Source: a virus
Taxonomy: Duplodnaviria; Heunggongvirae; Uroviricota; Caudoviricetes
DNA: 16,452 bases
Direction: 5' to 3' (one strand)
IMG/VR virus record: IMGVR_UViG_2737471821_000008
A program made the position numbers and the translations under genes. Under the pieces are notes generated by a model. The model did no database searches and had not been told where the DNA came from. It saw nothing but the letters and a program-made list of their open reading frames with translations. Shown here in pieces: positions 7,603 to 15,945 of the stretch. Position 1 is the first letter of the stretch; every line of letters begins with the position of its first letter.

Positions 7603-8010
7603 GCTTCATCTCCTCATTTATACGGACGGCCTCTGCCTCCAGATCAGCAAAGTGGGAAATAGCCGTCCGGCGAAGTTCAAGGGGGTTTAATTTCCAGAAC
7701 CACGCGACATTGTAGAATCGCTTCCGGAGGTCTCTTCCGTCTCCAAGCCGGTAAAAAAACGCATTACAATCATGCCTGCCTTGAAAATATCCAGCTTCGT
7801 CATCTGCGCTGCAGACGAGCGCGGGATCCCGGCCAGAAGCGGGATATATTTCAGCGCTACCTGACTGTCCATTTTCATACCACCATCAGGTGAAACAGAG
7901 AAAGGGAACCCCAGCGCCTCAATCTCGTCATACGTAGGCTCACGTATTTCCAGCACATGCAGTGTTTCTTTGTGGGCGATGATCGGTTTTTTAAGTACAA
8001 GCTCAATCAC
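7595..8010 (-). CDS. Tail assembly chaperone, long form made by -1 programmed frameshift (G/GT or E/E' type)
   Basis: From the slippery site the -1 frame stays open for 52 codons (YRLGDGRDLRKRF…EEMKHG*) and stops at 7595..7597, just inside the next gene start. This is the standard chaperone to tape-measure layout. Confidence 0.45.
7687..8010 (-). CDS. Tail assembly chaperone, short form
   Basis: 107-aa ORF. Its first codon is GTG, overlapping the tube gene stop (GTGA). Sits between the tube and tape-measure positions. Confidence 0.5.
   Translation of the reverse strand: MIELVLKKPIIAHKETLHVLEIREPTYDEIEALGFPFSVSPDGGMKMDSQVALKYIPLLAGIPRSSAAQMTKLDIFKAGMIVMRFFTGLETEETSGSDSTMSRGSGN
7753..7759 (-). 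other. Slippery heptamer U-UUU-UUU for -1 ribosomal frameshifting
   Basis: Coding strand CGT TTT TTT ACC (R F F T) in the chaperone 0-frame, 22 codons before its stop. Confidence 0.45.
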
Positions 8011-8363
8011 TGGTAATCCCCTTCTTCACCGTGGAACTCAAGATCAACCGTGCCTTCTTCGGCATTATGGTTCGCTTCGCCGTGCAGCCAGGCAGACGAC
8101 AGTACATAGACCTGACCGTTCGCCAGCTCGGCAGTGATGGTCATCTCATCAGACGAGGTGATTTTGCTCACCGGAAAATTCTTCGGCACCTTGAAGGTCC
8201 CTTTGACATAGGGCGCACGGTGAGTTTCCTTGCGGTCCACTGAACCGTCCAGGCCGATGATGTCATCATTGACCGTCCTGTTCATGGGCACCTCAATGCC
8301 GCCGGTCAGCGATAGCTGCTGACCGTCAATTTTGAAATAACAGGTTCCCCCGATACGGGCCAT
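8007..8363 (-). CDS. Tail tube protein (Mu gpM-like)
   Basis: 118-aa ORF with ATG overlapping the sheath stop (TAATG). Size and position immediately after the sheath gene. Confidence 0.6.
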   Translation of the reverse strand: MARIGGTCYFKIDGQQLSLTGGIEVPMNRTVNDDIIGLDGSVDRKETHRAPYVKGTFKVPKNFPVSKITSSDEMTITAELANGQVYVLSSAWLHGEANHNAEEGTVDLEFHGEEGDYQ

Positions 8364-9859
8364 TATGCAGACTCCTCTGAATACTGAAGACGGAACTGGT
8401 TAACCACGGCAAAGACACGCAACTGGTTAACATAGTCAGGCGGGAACAGCGTGTTCAGGCGGTTCGGATCGCTGGCATCACGCTCCACAACCAGGTACTG
8501 CTTAAACAGTTCGTAGTTTTCCACGATCCCCGCACGCTCAAGCTGACGGTAGGTTGCCAGCAGTTCCCCTTTGATCACCGCCGGGGTGACAATCGCCTGA
8601 CCGGGACCAAAGCGGGTACCGTCACTGGCAAGCTTGTGACGCCCGTACTTACTGGTAATGACGGATTTCAGTTTGCGCAGTACATACGCGCTGGTATGCA
8701 GTGTCTCACTGTCGAGGTAGCTGTTATCCGCAACCCCGTAAGCGTTTTTCCTGTACGTGGTGACATCACGCTGAATGCGCAGTACCCCGCTTTCGACATA
8801 CGCCGTTGCCACGCCATGAGACAGCAGGGTCTGTTGTTCGGTCATCGTGAACCGTTTCCCCTTCGGCGCAGGCAGCATACCCACCATCTCACCGGTCTGC
8901 GTGGGACGTGCCGGATCGTTGCGGATAAACACCGCTGCGCGGGCGGTACGGCTGGCTGCCAGCTCGTCGGCAGGCGTCTGGGTCTCTTTTTCGTACCCCG
9001 CCAGGGTGATGTGCTGCTGGTTAAACTGGTCACCTGCGTTCACCAGTTCTGACAGTGTGCCGGCCTTTGCCGTATACACATGACCATACAGCTGACGCGC
9101 ATAGCTCCAGCGACCGCTGGTATCGTTCATCTCGGTCACCAGCGTGTTAACAGAGGCCGTGTCGTTGAACGGCAGACCGATATAATCAAACGGCTCATCC
9201 GCCATTGCAGCCACCGCGCCGGTGAGAACCGGAGCGCCCGTTCCGGCGGTCCCCGTCGCCACGGCAATCTGTACGCCCGCTGGCAGCACTTCGCCCCCAC
9301 CGAAGCCGTAGTAATTGAGGCTGACAGGAATTTCATTCCCGCAAAGCCCCTTATGGCGAGCGGTCAATGTAACCACACCAGCCGAAGATGAGGCCGTAAA
9401 CGGCAGGGCCGGAACGGCATTGATGGCATCTTTGATACTGCTGGCAATCGTCGCGACGTTATCGCCGTTGGTCACCGGTGCCTGCACGCGGGTACGTCCC
9501 ACATAAACATTCACCGTGCCGGTTTCGGTTGCTGCCCCGGTCACCGTCAGCGTAACTGTTGCCGCCGCGCCTGTGGATTCAGGAACGGCAATCACATACA
9601 GCTCGCCAAACGGGTCAGTCTGGCGATAAGCCTCGACCATACGCGCCAGCTGACTTCCCGCACCACAAATCTGGCGTGCATAGTCTGCCGACGGCATCAG
9701 TACCAGACTGTTGGCAACAATCTCTGCACCGTTATTGGCATGACCAATCAGCAGCGATGCTCCGCTGTCCTGTGCAGTATTCGCCGCCTGATTATCCATT
9801 TCCGCATAAAACAGCGGAACCAGCGTATTCGACGGAATGGTGTTAAAGCTTATCGTCAT
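8363..9859 (-). CDS. Contractile tail sheath protein (Mu gpL-like)
   Basis: 498-aa ORF with ATG start, MTISFNTIPSNTLVPLFYAEMDN…, of the size and character of Mu-type sheath proteins. Confidence 0.8.
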   Translation of the reverse strand: MTISFNTIPSNTLVPLFYAEMDNQAANTAQDSGASLLIGHANNGAEIVANSLVLMPSADYARQICGAGSQLARMVEAYRQTDPFGELYVIAVPESTGAAATVTLTVTGAATETGTVNVYVGRTRVQAPVTNGDNVATIASSIKDAINAVPALPFTASSSAGVVTLTARHKGLCGNEIPVSLNYYGFGGGEVLPAGVQIAVATGTAGTGAPVLTGAVAAMADEPFDYIGLPFNDTASVNTLVTEMNDTSGRWSYARQLYGHVYTAKAGTLSELVNAGDQFNQQHITLAGYEKETQTPADELAASRTARAAVFIRNDPARPTQTGEMVGMLPAPKGKRFTMTEQQTLLSHGVATAYVESGVLRIQRDVTTYRKNAYGVADNSYLDSETLHTSAYVLRKLKSVITSKYGRHKLASDGTRFGPGQAIVTPAVIKGELLATYRQLERAGIVENYELFKQYLVVERDASDPNRLNTLFPPDYVNQLRVFAVVNQFRLQYSEESA

Positions 9860-10013
9860 CGGTGTTCACCTTTTTATTCACGCGCCGGATATCACCCGCT
9901 ACTTCACGGCGCAGCCAGTAGTTGTTCTCGTCAACATTTCGCCCTTCGGCGGGCAAAAGGTCGCCGCGGGCAGGGTCAGGAACTGACCGCCCTTTAACAG
10001 GTTTGACAAACAT
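9843..10013 (-). CDS. Small conserved Mu-like tail-module protein (DUF2635-like); absent from the ORF track (under 60 aa)
   Basis: Hand translation gives 56 aa, MFVKPVKGRSVPDPARGDLLPAEGRNVDENNYWLRREVAGDIRRVNKKVNTDDDKL*. SD GAGGA sits 5 nt before the ATG. Overlaps the sheath start by 17 nt. Confidence 0.4.
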   Translation of the reverse strand: MFVKPVKGRSVPDPARGDLLPAEGRNVDENNYWLRREVAGDIRRVNKKVNTDDDKL

Positions 10014-10021
10014 GAGGATCC

Positions 10022-10582
10022 TCAGGAAGGAAGGGTTATTTCGGTGTGATGTTCGATATCGCCGTCAGGCCCGTTACCGGGCTCGAGATAATCAACATCA
10101 ATCGCCAGCGTTTGCAGTTCATCCAGACTGTTCAGATCATCCTGCTGGCGGGTATCGTCTTCAGTCAGCTCGCTGATGACCGAAAAATCGAACTGATAAA
10201 TCAGCTCATGACGATTCAGATCCAGCAGCGTGCCGCCGTCATAGGTAATCGGGTTACCGCACGCTTCCGGGTTCCAGCCCAGCAGGGCCTTAAAGAGCAT
10301 CTGCCGGACATCGTCCACCACATCATACGAGGCAAACTGACCGCGCTCATCACGCCCGTTACTCAGTATGACAACCACGGAGAAGCCCTCTTTCAGCTCC
10401 TGCCAGTAGTCGGTCTGGCTTTTGTTTTCTCCCGGAGAGTCATCACCCGGTACCACATACGCCGCCGGGAGTCTCAGCTTTCCGACCTCCGGCAGATTTT
10501 TGAACTGGGCCGCGCCTGCCACCCGGTTTTCAAAATACGGGCAGCGGGCACGCAGCGCAGCAATAACAGGCGTCAGTTTCAT
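10022..10582 (-). CDS. Virion morphogenesis / head-tail joining protein (Mu gp37-like)
   Basis: 186-aa ORF, MKLTPVIAALRARCPYFENRVAGAAQF…, with ATG overlapping the upstream remnant stop (ATGA). Position matches the gp36-gp37-gp38-sheath order. Confidence 0.5.
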   Translation of the reverse strand: MKLTPVIAALRARCPYFENRVAGAAQFKNLPEVGKLRLPAAYVVPGDDSPGENKSQTDYWQELKEGFSVVVILSNGRDERGQFASYDVVDDVRQMLFKALLGWNPEACGNPITYDGGTLLDLNRHELIYQFDFSVISELTEDDTRQQDDLNSLDELQTLAIDVDYLEPGNGPDGDIEHHTEITLPS

Positions 10583-10674
10583 CTGTGTCGTCGCTCCGGC
10601 TTCAGTGATTTACGCAATTCCCGCGCCAGAAAATAGCGTGTCCAGCTGCGGTTCTTTTCAAGAGTTTCCACCAT
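10579..10674 (-). pseudogene. C-terminal remnant of the gene preceding gp37-like (deletion scar)
   Basis: Only about 31 codons (…MVETLEKNRSWTRYFLARELRKSLKPERRHR*) are plausible protein. Upstream in the same frame the translation is low-complexity (GGAKRRRSHHRGASGGSG). Confidence 0.3.
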
Positions 10675-10789
10675 GAAGTTATTACGTGGAGCCAGTCGCC
10701 AGCCGCTGCCACCGGATGCACCACGATGATGACTACGACGACGTTTTGCTCCTCCCCGGACACCAAAAAACAGAAATGCCGGATAGAAG

Positions 10790-11110
10790 TCACCAGAGAT
10801 CATCCGGTTCGCGCAGACCGTCTTCACGGCCTTTACGCAGGAAGCCCACAAACGCCTCTTTATGCTCGGTGGCCAGTTTATTTTGCGCTCCACCAGCCGG
10901 ACGTTTCAGCTCAAGCAGCTCTTTTTCAAGGTCGCTTTTGAGATTTTCCAGCTCGCTGAGTTTCCCGTTCAGGGTTTCCACCTGCCCGGCAAGCTTGCCT
11001 TTTTCCTGCTCAATCGCATCCACGCGCTTGTCGTTCTTTGCTTTGAAGTCGTCAAACTTCTGCTGCAGCTCCTGCGCGACCTGTTCGACATCTTTAATAT
11101 CAACCGCCAT
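10790..11110 (-). pseudogene. Major capsid protein, N-terminal fragment only (HK97-type delta domain)
   Basis: Strong SD (AGGAGA) and ATG right after the protease gene. 106 aa of coiled coil (…VETLNGKLSELENLKSDLEKELLELK…EHKEAFVGFLRKG) then a premature stop. No capsid body is encoded downstream in any frame. Confidence 0.55.
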
Positions 11111-11124
11111 CGTATTTCTCCTGA

Positions 11125-11775
11125 TTAGAAGTTCAGATTTTTCAGTGCATTCAGTGCAGAGCCCACATCCTCAGCGTCGCGCAGGGACAGTGCGCCATAG
11201 CCCCCGGCCATGAATGCTTTGGCCTGGGTACGGGAGAGTCCGACATCACGCAGGACTCTTTCGATTTTTTTCTGTTCGGGGATTTCCCCGCGGGCCAGTG
11301 CGTTCTTGACGTCGCTGATCCGCGCCTCGTCGTTAGACGGGAACGTCACCAGGCTGACTTCCCAGAGGTCGATTTCTTTCAGCAGAAAGGCTTCTTTGCT
11401 CCGGTCGTATTCCCAGTCTTTCAGGACGTACCCAATAGAAAGGCCGGTTAACGAACCGGCCTTCATGTGTGCATGTGCGCGTTTTGCGAGGGGATCATCA
11501 TCAATAAGCAACCGTCCCCTGACGTAAAGCCCGACATCGTCTTCCTTCATTTCGGTGTAAACACCGATGGGTTCATCCATGCGGTGCTGCCAGAGCAGCG
11601 CAGGTAACGCTTTTCTGTCACTCCACGCCCGCAGGGAAGCAGCAAATGCCCCGGACATCACCACATCATCGTGGCTGTCCTTTACACCAAAGACGGAGCC
11701 ATACCCTTCAAACTCACCGGAGTCACTGACAGATTTCAGACTCAGCGGTACATCAAGACGTTGTTTCGTCTGCAT
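11125..11775 (-). CDS. Prohead protease (HK97 family)
   Basis: Start placed at MQTKQRLDVPL… because SD AAGGA precedes it. The track's start at 11811 has no SD and overlaps the portal by 59 nt. Confidence 0.7.
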   Translation of the reverse strand: MQTKQRLDVPLSLKSVSDSGEFEGYGSVFGVKDSHDDVVMSGAFAASLRAWSDRKALPALLWQHRMDEPIGVYTEMKEDDVGLYVRGRLLIDDDPLAKRAHAHMKAGSLTGLSIGYVLKDWEYDRSKEAFLLKEIDLWEVSLVTFPSNDEARISDVKNALARGEIPEQKKIERVLRDVGLSRTQAKAFMAGGYGALSLRDAEDVGSALNALKNLNF

Positions 11776-12994
11776 TGGCGTTATCCTTCTGCTTACCGGC
11801 TTTACTGCCATCGGAGGGTTTCGTGGTCATGTTCATCGGTGTGAGATAGACATCACCACCGGGACGCGGATTCATATCTTCCAGGTCGCGGCAGTCATTG
11901 GGAGAGTAAATTCCCCAGTTGATCCCGGTGGCGTAGGCTTCAAAACGGGACTTCATATCCCCGCGCAGTAACGCCCCGGCGTTAAATTTGGCGTAATAAA
12001 CGCCCTGCTTACTTTTTCGTACCAGTCCGGTGTTGATCCGCTGTTCGATGCGGGTCAGATACGGCACCAGTGAATAGTTGATAAATCCCAGCCCCAGCTC
12101 TTCGATATTGTTGAAGGTGGCGCGATCGGTGTTCTGCACCATGTGCAACGGCACCCGGAACAGACGACAGATTTCTTCAAGCTGAAACTTGCGGGTTTCC
12201 AGGAACTGGCTGTCCTCGGCGTTCAGCGCCATCGACTTCCAGTCCAGCCCCATCTCAAGGATCATCGGGCGGTGAGCATTGCCAAGCCCGGTGTGACGCT
12301 CCTCAAAATCTTTCTTCAGGCGCTCATAAGCCTGATCTGACAGCGTCTGCTCTGTACGCAACACACCCGACGTCACCGCGCCATTGCTGAACAGTCTGGC
12401 CCCGTGCTCTTCGGTCGCAGCTGCCAGCGATATTGCCTCGCGGGCATAGGCGATGGGATTCAGCCCCACCAGTCCGTCCAGCGTCAGCGTGCGCACATGC
12501 CAGATATCCTCCTGGCTCAGTACATCCGTGGAGCCATCCGGGAATGTGACCTGATAGATCGGCTCCCAGCTACTGTTAAGCTTCGGTACCACACAGCCGG
12601 GATCGACAGGCAGCAGTTCAGCCACTTCGCCAAATGCTTTCACTTTGTAGGCGTAAAAGTTTCCCCGCAGGCACAGACAGGTGACCACCAGCTCCCAGAA
12701 CTCCTGCGGCGTCATATAGCCATTGGGATGCGTGGAGATCAGTTTATGCAGACGTTCGCCGGTGGCTCTCTGCTTCAGGCTGCCGTTCAGGTGATACAGA
12801 TTGCAGGGCAACATCCCGACCGACTCTGCCAGCACTCTGACGCAGGAAAAAACCGCCGTCAGTCGCATGGCCCGCTGACTGCTGATCTGCTTTCCGGTAT
12901 AGGTGTCGTAGGACAACCCGATGGCATCCGCCAGCTCTGCTGGCGTGGTCACCGGTGCGTCACTTTTTCGTTGAAATAATCCCGAAAAGAACAC
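11753..12994 (-). CDS. Portal protein (HK97 family)
   Basis: 413-aa ORF with GTG start preceded by GGAGG (6-nt spacer), overlapping the stop of the upstream small gene. Portal-family conservation throughout (…PIAYAREAISLAAATEEHGARLFSNGA…). Confidence 0.85.
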   Translation of the reverse strand: MFFSGLFQRKSDAPVTTPAELADAIGLSYDTYTGKQISSQRAMRLTAVFSCVRVLAESVGMLPCNLYHLNGSLKQRATGERLHKLISTHPNGYMTPQEFWELVVTCLCLRGNFYAYKVKAFGEVAELLPVDPGCVVPKLNSSWEPIYQVTFPDGSTDVLSQEDIWHVRTLTLDGLVGLNPIAYAREAISLAAATEEHGARLFSNGAVTSGVLRTEQTLSDQAYERLKKDFEERHTGLGNAHRPMILEMGLDWKSMALNAEDSQFLETRKFQLEEICRLFRVPLHMVQNTDRATFNNIEELGLGFINYSLVPYLTRIEQRINTGLVRKSKQGVYYAKFNAGALLRGDMKSRFEAYATGINWGIYSPNDCRDLEDMNPRPGGDVYLTPMNMTTKPSDGSKAGKQKDNANADETTS

Positions 12995-13176
12995 TATTTA
13001 CCTCCACCAACAGACAGCTGTGTACGGTCGAGATATCGCGCTACCAGCCACGACCAGAACAGGCACAACGCCCCGGCAACAACAAACCCCGCCGGGGGAT
13101 AAATCAGCCAGGCACCATACGCCAGCAAAAGCGCCCCCAGCACGCCCACCAGAGGCGCGAGAATCAGCATGATCAT
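12994..13176 (-). CDS. ymfR: 60-aa predicted two-helix membrane protein between terminase and portal (YmfR-like)
   Basis: ATG with [67 protein letters not shown] has two hydrophobic stretches. Symbol from memory of e14 YmfR (60 aa). Confidence 0.5.
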   Translation of the reverse strand: MIMLILAPLVGVLGALLLAYGAWLIYPPAGFVVAGALCLFWSWLVARYLDRTQLSVGGGK

Positions 13177-13187
13177 AATTACCTCAG

Positions 13188-14921
13188 TTAAAGCGAGCGG
13201 ATCCCATAGGACTCAATGTGGTCAGACAGCGTGTCTTCTTTCTCGTACAGCATGGCTCTGCCAACCGCCATAATCAGCGCAACTGCACCGTCAATTTTGT
13301 TTTCCGCCTGCTCTTTGACGGGTTTCACCACATCATCGTTACCCGGAATGGTTTTGCCGACCACATTGCCGATACACCAGGTCATGATGGGATTGCCATC
13401 ATGATGAAAGCGCCCCGATTCAATTGCCGCTTCCAGCTCTTTCATCGGGTCGGACATGTTGGTGTAGTTCTGAATGATAGTGACGGGATTCAGGTCTTCA
13501 TCAGCAAGGTCATGTGACAACCCGGTCGCCCCGAAGGGGTCGATGGGTGACTCACTGACCGGGCTGATTTTGTTCGCCGCTTTGGCCTCCTCGAGGATGT
13601 AGCGATAATCCACCTCCGCACCATCGGTAACGGTCAGAACGCCCATTTCCACCCATTTCTGAAAGCGTTCGGCTGTCCGGCGATCTTCATTTTTCTCGAC
13701 GCTGTACACCGTGTCATACGGTACCCAGAAGCGCGGAGCCACACTGTAGTAATGCGTTTTACCGTCAATCTCGCGGGTATAAAGTCGCGCCATGCTGTTC
13801 ATATCCAGCTTACGCGCCAGGTCAAAGGCCAGAATGCACGGTTGCCCCTCGAACTGCTCAAGGGTCAGTGATTTATCCTCGCAGCTCTGCCAGCTCACCA
13901 GGTTGAAATACGCCGAACGCGCCGACACCCAGATATTGAGGTGTTTTGTTTTAAAGACGTTTGCCAGACGGGCGTTATTTTTCGCACGCTGCTGCTGACT
14001 TAACAAAAATTCGCGATAAACCGACACGCCAATATTCGGGTTAGCTTTTTCCAGCACCTGCGGGTCGGTCCAGTCATCGCCTTCGTCAACGGTATAGATG
14101 ATCCCGAACAGTTCATCGTTGGGTACCGAACCGTTGAGCATCTCGATAACTTCCCGCCGCTTGTCGTAGCACGGCCCCTCAATGTTGTACCCGGCGGTGG
14201 TGATGGCCCACATCAGTGGCTGACGTCGCGCGCCCATCCCGGTAAGCATCGTGGTATAAAGCGCATCGGTGGCGTGCTCGTGATATTCATCCACCACCGC
14301 ACAGTGGGGTGATGAACCATCACCGGGGTTACCGATCAGCGGTTCAAACCGCGCGCCATCCTCCGGACGGTTCATGTTTGAGGCGTTAACCTCAATCCCG
14401 AACGCTTCCGTCAGCATGGGTGTGCGTTTACACATCAGTCGCGCCGGGCGAAAGACTTCCCACGCCTGTTTCTCTGTCGTGGCACCGGAATACACTTCCG
14501 CGCCAAACTCGTTATCACAGGCAAAACAATACAGGGCAACACCGGCAGAGATTGCCGATTTGCCGTTCTTACGGGGGATTTCGGTATACACCTCCCTGAA
14601 GCGGCGCAGCCGGGAGCCTTTATTGACCCAGCCAAACGCACAGCAGATCACAAAGAGCTGCCACGGTTCCAGCGTGATGGGCATCCTCTTGAATGCCCAC
14701 TCCCCCTTGGTGTGTGGCAACAGCTGAATAAATTTCGCGGCCCGTTCAGCCAGGTCCTTGTCGAAGCGGTAACGAAACGACTTACTTTTTTCCGCCATCA
14801 GGTCATCAAGATGGCGCTGGCAGGCCTGAATCACAAACTGGCAGGCCACAATCTTTCCGCGCACGACATCACGGGCATACTGATTGGCAGCATTTACGTT
14901 GGGGTAAGATTTCCGGCTCAT
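13188..14921 (-). CDS. Terminase large subunit
   Basis: 577-aa ORF with ATG overlapping the TerS stop (ATGA). N-terminal ATPase region (…[18 protein letters not shown]…AVVDEYHEH…) and C-terminal nuclease domain. Confidence 0.9.
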   Translation of the reverse strand: MSRKSYPNVNAANQYARDVVRGKIVACQFVIQACQRHLDDLMAEKSKSFRYRFDKDLAERAAKFIQLLPHTKGEWAFKRMPITLEPWQLFVICCAFGWVNKGSRLRRFREVYTEIPRKNGKSAISAGVALYCFACDNEFGAEVYSGATTEKQAWEVFRPARLMCKRTPMLTEAFGIEVNASNMNRPEDGARFEPLIGNPGDGSSPHCAVVDEYHEHATDALYTTMLTGMGARRQPLMWAITTAGYNIEGPCYDKRREVIEMLNGSVPNDELFGIIYTVDEGDDWTDPQVLEKANPNIGVSVYREFLLSQQQRAKNNARLANVFKTKHLNIWVSARSAYFNLVSWQSCEDKSLTLEQFEGQPCILAFDLARKLDMNSMARLYTREIDGKTHYYSVAPRFWVPYDTVYSVEKNEDRRTAERFQKWVEMGVLTVTDGAEVDYRYILEEAKAANKISPVSESPIDPFGATGLSHDLADEDLNPVTIIQNYTNMSDPMKELEAAIESGRFHHDGNPIMTWCIGNVVGKTIPGNDDVVKPVKEQAENKIDGAVALIMAVGRAMLYEKEDTLSDHIESYGIRSL

Positions 14922-15412
14922 GATTCGATGATTTTCAGAAACGGGTTAGTGGCTTTCTTCTGCCCCGCCAGGCCAATCAGACGCTGGCGGCTGCTGGGGT
15001 CGAGTCCGAGCATTGCCCCCGTGCTGCTCATCTCGGACTCCTGTTCTTTCTTGGCGGTCAGCTCCGGATTTTTGACCATGCCACCCATTGCACCGGTGAT
15101 GGTGTTGCCCTGTCTGGCAATATTTTTCACGGCACGCCGCCAGAACTCGTAGGCCACGCACCACCGCTCAAGCACCGCGAGGTCAGTCACGCACAGCAGG
15201 CCCTGACCGCAGAGTTCTTTGGTTGTCAGTTGCCACATGATCGTGGCGAGAGGGAGATCTTCTTCAGCGAACCACTCCGGTGGCTCAACACCTTTGATGG
15301 GCGTAAAAACAGGTTCATCTTTATTCAGGGCTCGCTTGCCGGGGTTTCCGGCCAGCGCCTTGCGCGCCGTTGGCTTGGGGCGACGCCCGGAACGCCCCGC
15401 CGTTCCAGCCAT
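14918..15412 (-). CDS. Terminase small subunit (P27 family)
   Basis: …[34 protein letters not shown]… is the P27-family signature. I chose the ATG at 15412 (SD AGGAG, 8-nt spacer) rather than the track's GTG at 15421. Confidence 0.7.
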   Translation of the reverse strand: MAGTAGRSGRRPKPTARKALAGNPGKRALNKDEPVFTPIKGVEPPEWFAEEDLPLATIMWQLTTKELCGQGLLCVTDLAVLERWCVAYEFWRRAVKNIARQGNTITGAMGGMVKNPELTAKKEQESEMSSTGAMLGLDPSSRQRLIGLAGQKKATNPFLKIIES

Positions 15413-15462
15413 ATGCGGCACTCCTGGTTAAATTTCATTTTTCGCGGGTATAAAAAAACGAT

Positions 15463-15511
15463 GGGGCGGGCAGTCCGGAAGACGTCAGGTCACAGGGATT
15501 TGACCCGCCCC
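15463..15511. other. GC-rich inverted repeat in the HNH-TerS intergenic region (candidate cos / packaging-initiation region)
   Basis: GGGGCGGG at 15463..15470 and CCCGCCCC at 15504..15511 flank a 33-bp spacer containing the palindrome GACGTC. A T7 run follows on the - strand. Confidence 0.3.
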
Positions 15512-15537
15512 TCCCCTCTGGCAGTGGGAACTGGTTC

Positions 15538-15888
15538 TTACTTAATCCGTTCACGGGCCGTCTTCGCCTTATGACACGGCCAGCACAGACTCTGCAGATT
15601 ACAGTCGGCATCAGTGCCGCCATGCGCTTTAGGGATGATGTGGTCAACAGTTTTCGCCTCACGCACCACACCAGCGCGCAGACATAACTGACATAAACCT
15701 TTGTCACGTTTCAGCACACGCGCGCGGATAACGTCCCACTTCGAACCGTAGCCGCGCTGATGACGGGATTGTCCTGGCTTGTATTGCTTCCAGCCTTCGC
15801 TTTTGTGGCTTTCGCAATAACCTGACGGGTCAGTGGTGGTACGGCGGCACCCGCGAACACGGCAGGCTTTTGGAGTTCGTGGTGGCAT
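15538..15888 (-). CDS. HNH endonuclease (packaging-associated)
   Basis: 116-aa ORF with ATG start, Cys-rich with the motif …DHIIPKAHGGTDADCNLQSLCWPCH…. Immediately upstream of TerS as in HK97-like packaging modules. Confidence 0.85.
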   Translation of the reverse strand: MPPRTPKACRVRGCRRTTTDPSGYCESHKSEGWKQYKPGQSRHQRGYGSKWDVIRARVLKRDKGLCQLCLRAGVVREAKTVDHIIPKAHGGTDADCNLQSLCWPCHKAKTARERIK

Positions 15889-15919
15889 TGAAGAAAACTC
15901 TTTGTAATAAGCATAAAAA

Positions 15920-15936
15920 CCCCATATTGAATGGGG
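15920..15936 (-). terminator. Rho-independent terminator downstream of the 168-aa gene
   Basis: On the - strand, stem ATGGGG/CCCCAT with a 5-nt loop followed by TTTTTAT, beginning 10 nt after the stop codon at 15946..15948. Confidence 0.5.
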
Positions 15937-15945
15937 CTTGATGAA

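Noticed and set aside
8636-9846. Multiple + strand and off-frame ORFs inside the sheath gene
   Set aside because: The sheath ORF is continuous and homology-consistent over 498 aa; the others are antisense or off-frame artefacts of GC-rich coding DNA.
10046-10636. 196-aa + strand ORF antisense to the gp37-like gene
   Set aside because: No SD and a low-complexity translation; the opposite strand carries a coupled, well-initiated gene.
10686-11213. 175-aa Ser-rich + strand ORF across the capsid remnant
   Set aside because: Extreme Ser/Arg/Pro bias and antisense to the coiled-coil capsid fragment; a compositional artefact.
12143-12979. + strand ORFs inside the portal gene (12143..12340, 12404..12979)
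   Set aside because: Antisense to a confidently identified portal gene.
13216-14727. + strand and off-frame ORFs inside the large terminase gene
   Set aside because: Antisense or off-frame to a 577-aa terminase with clear ATPase and nuclease regions.
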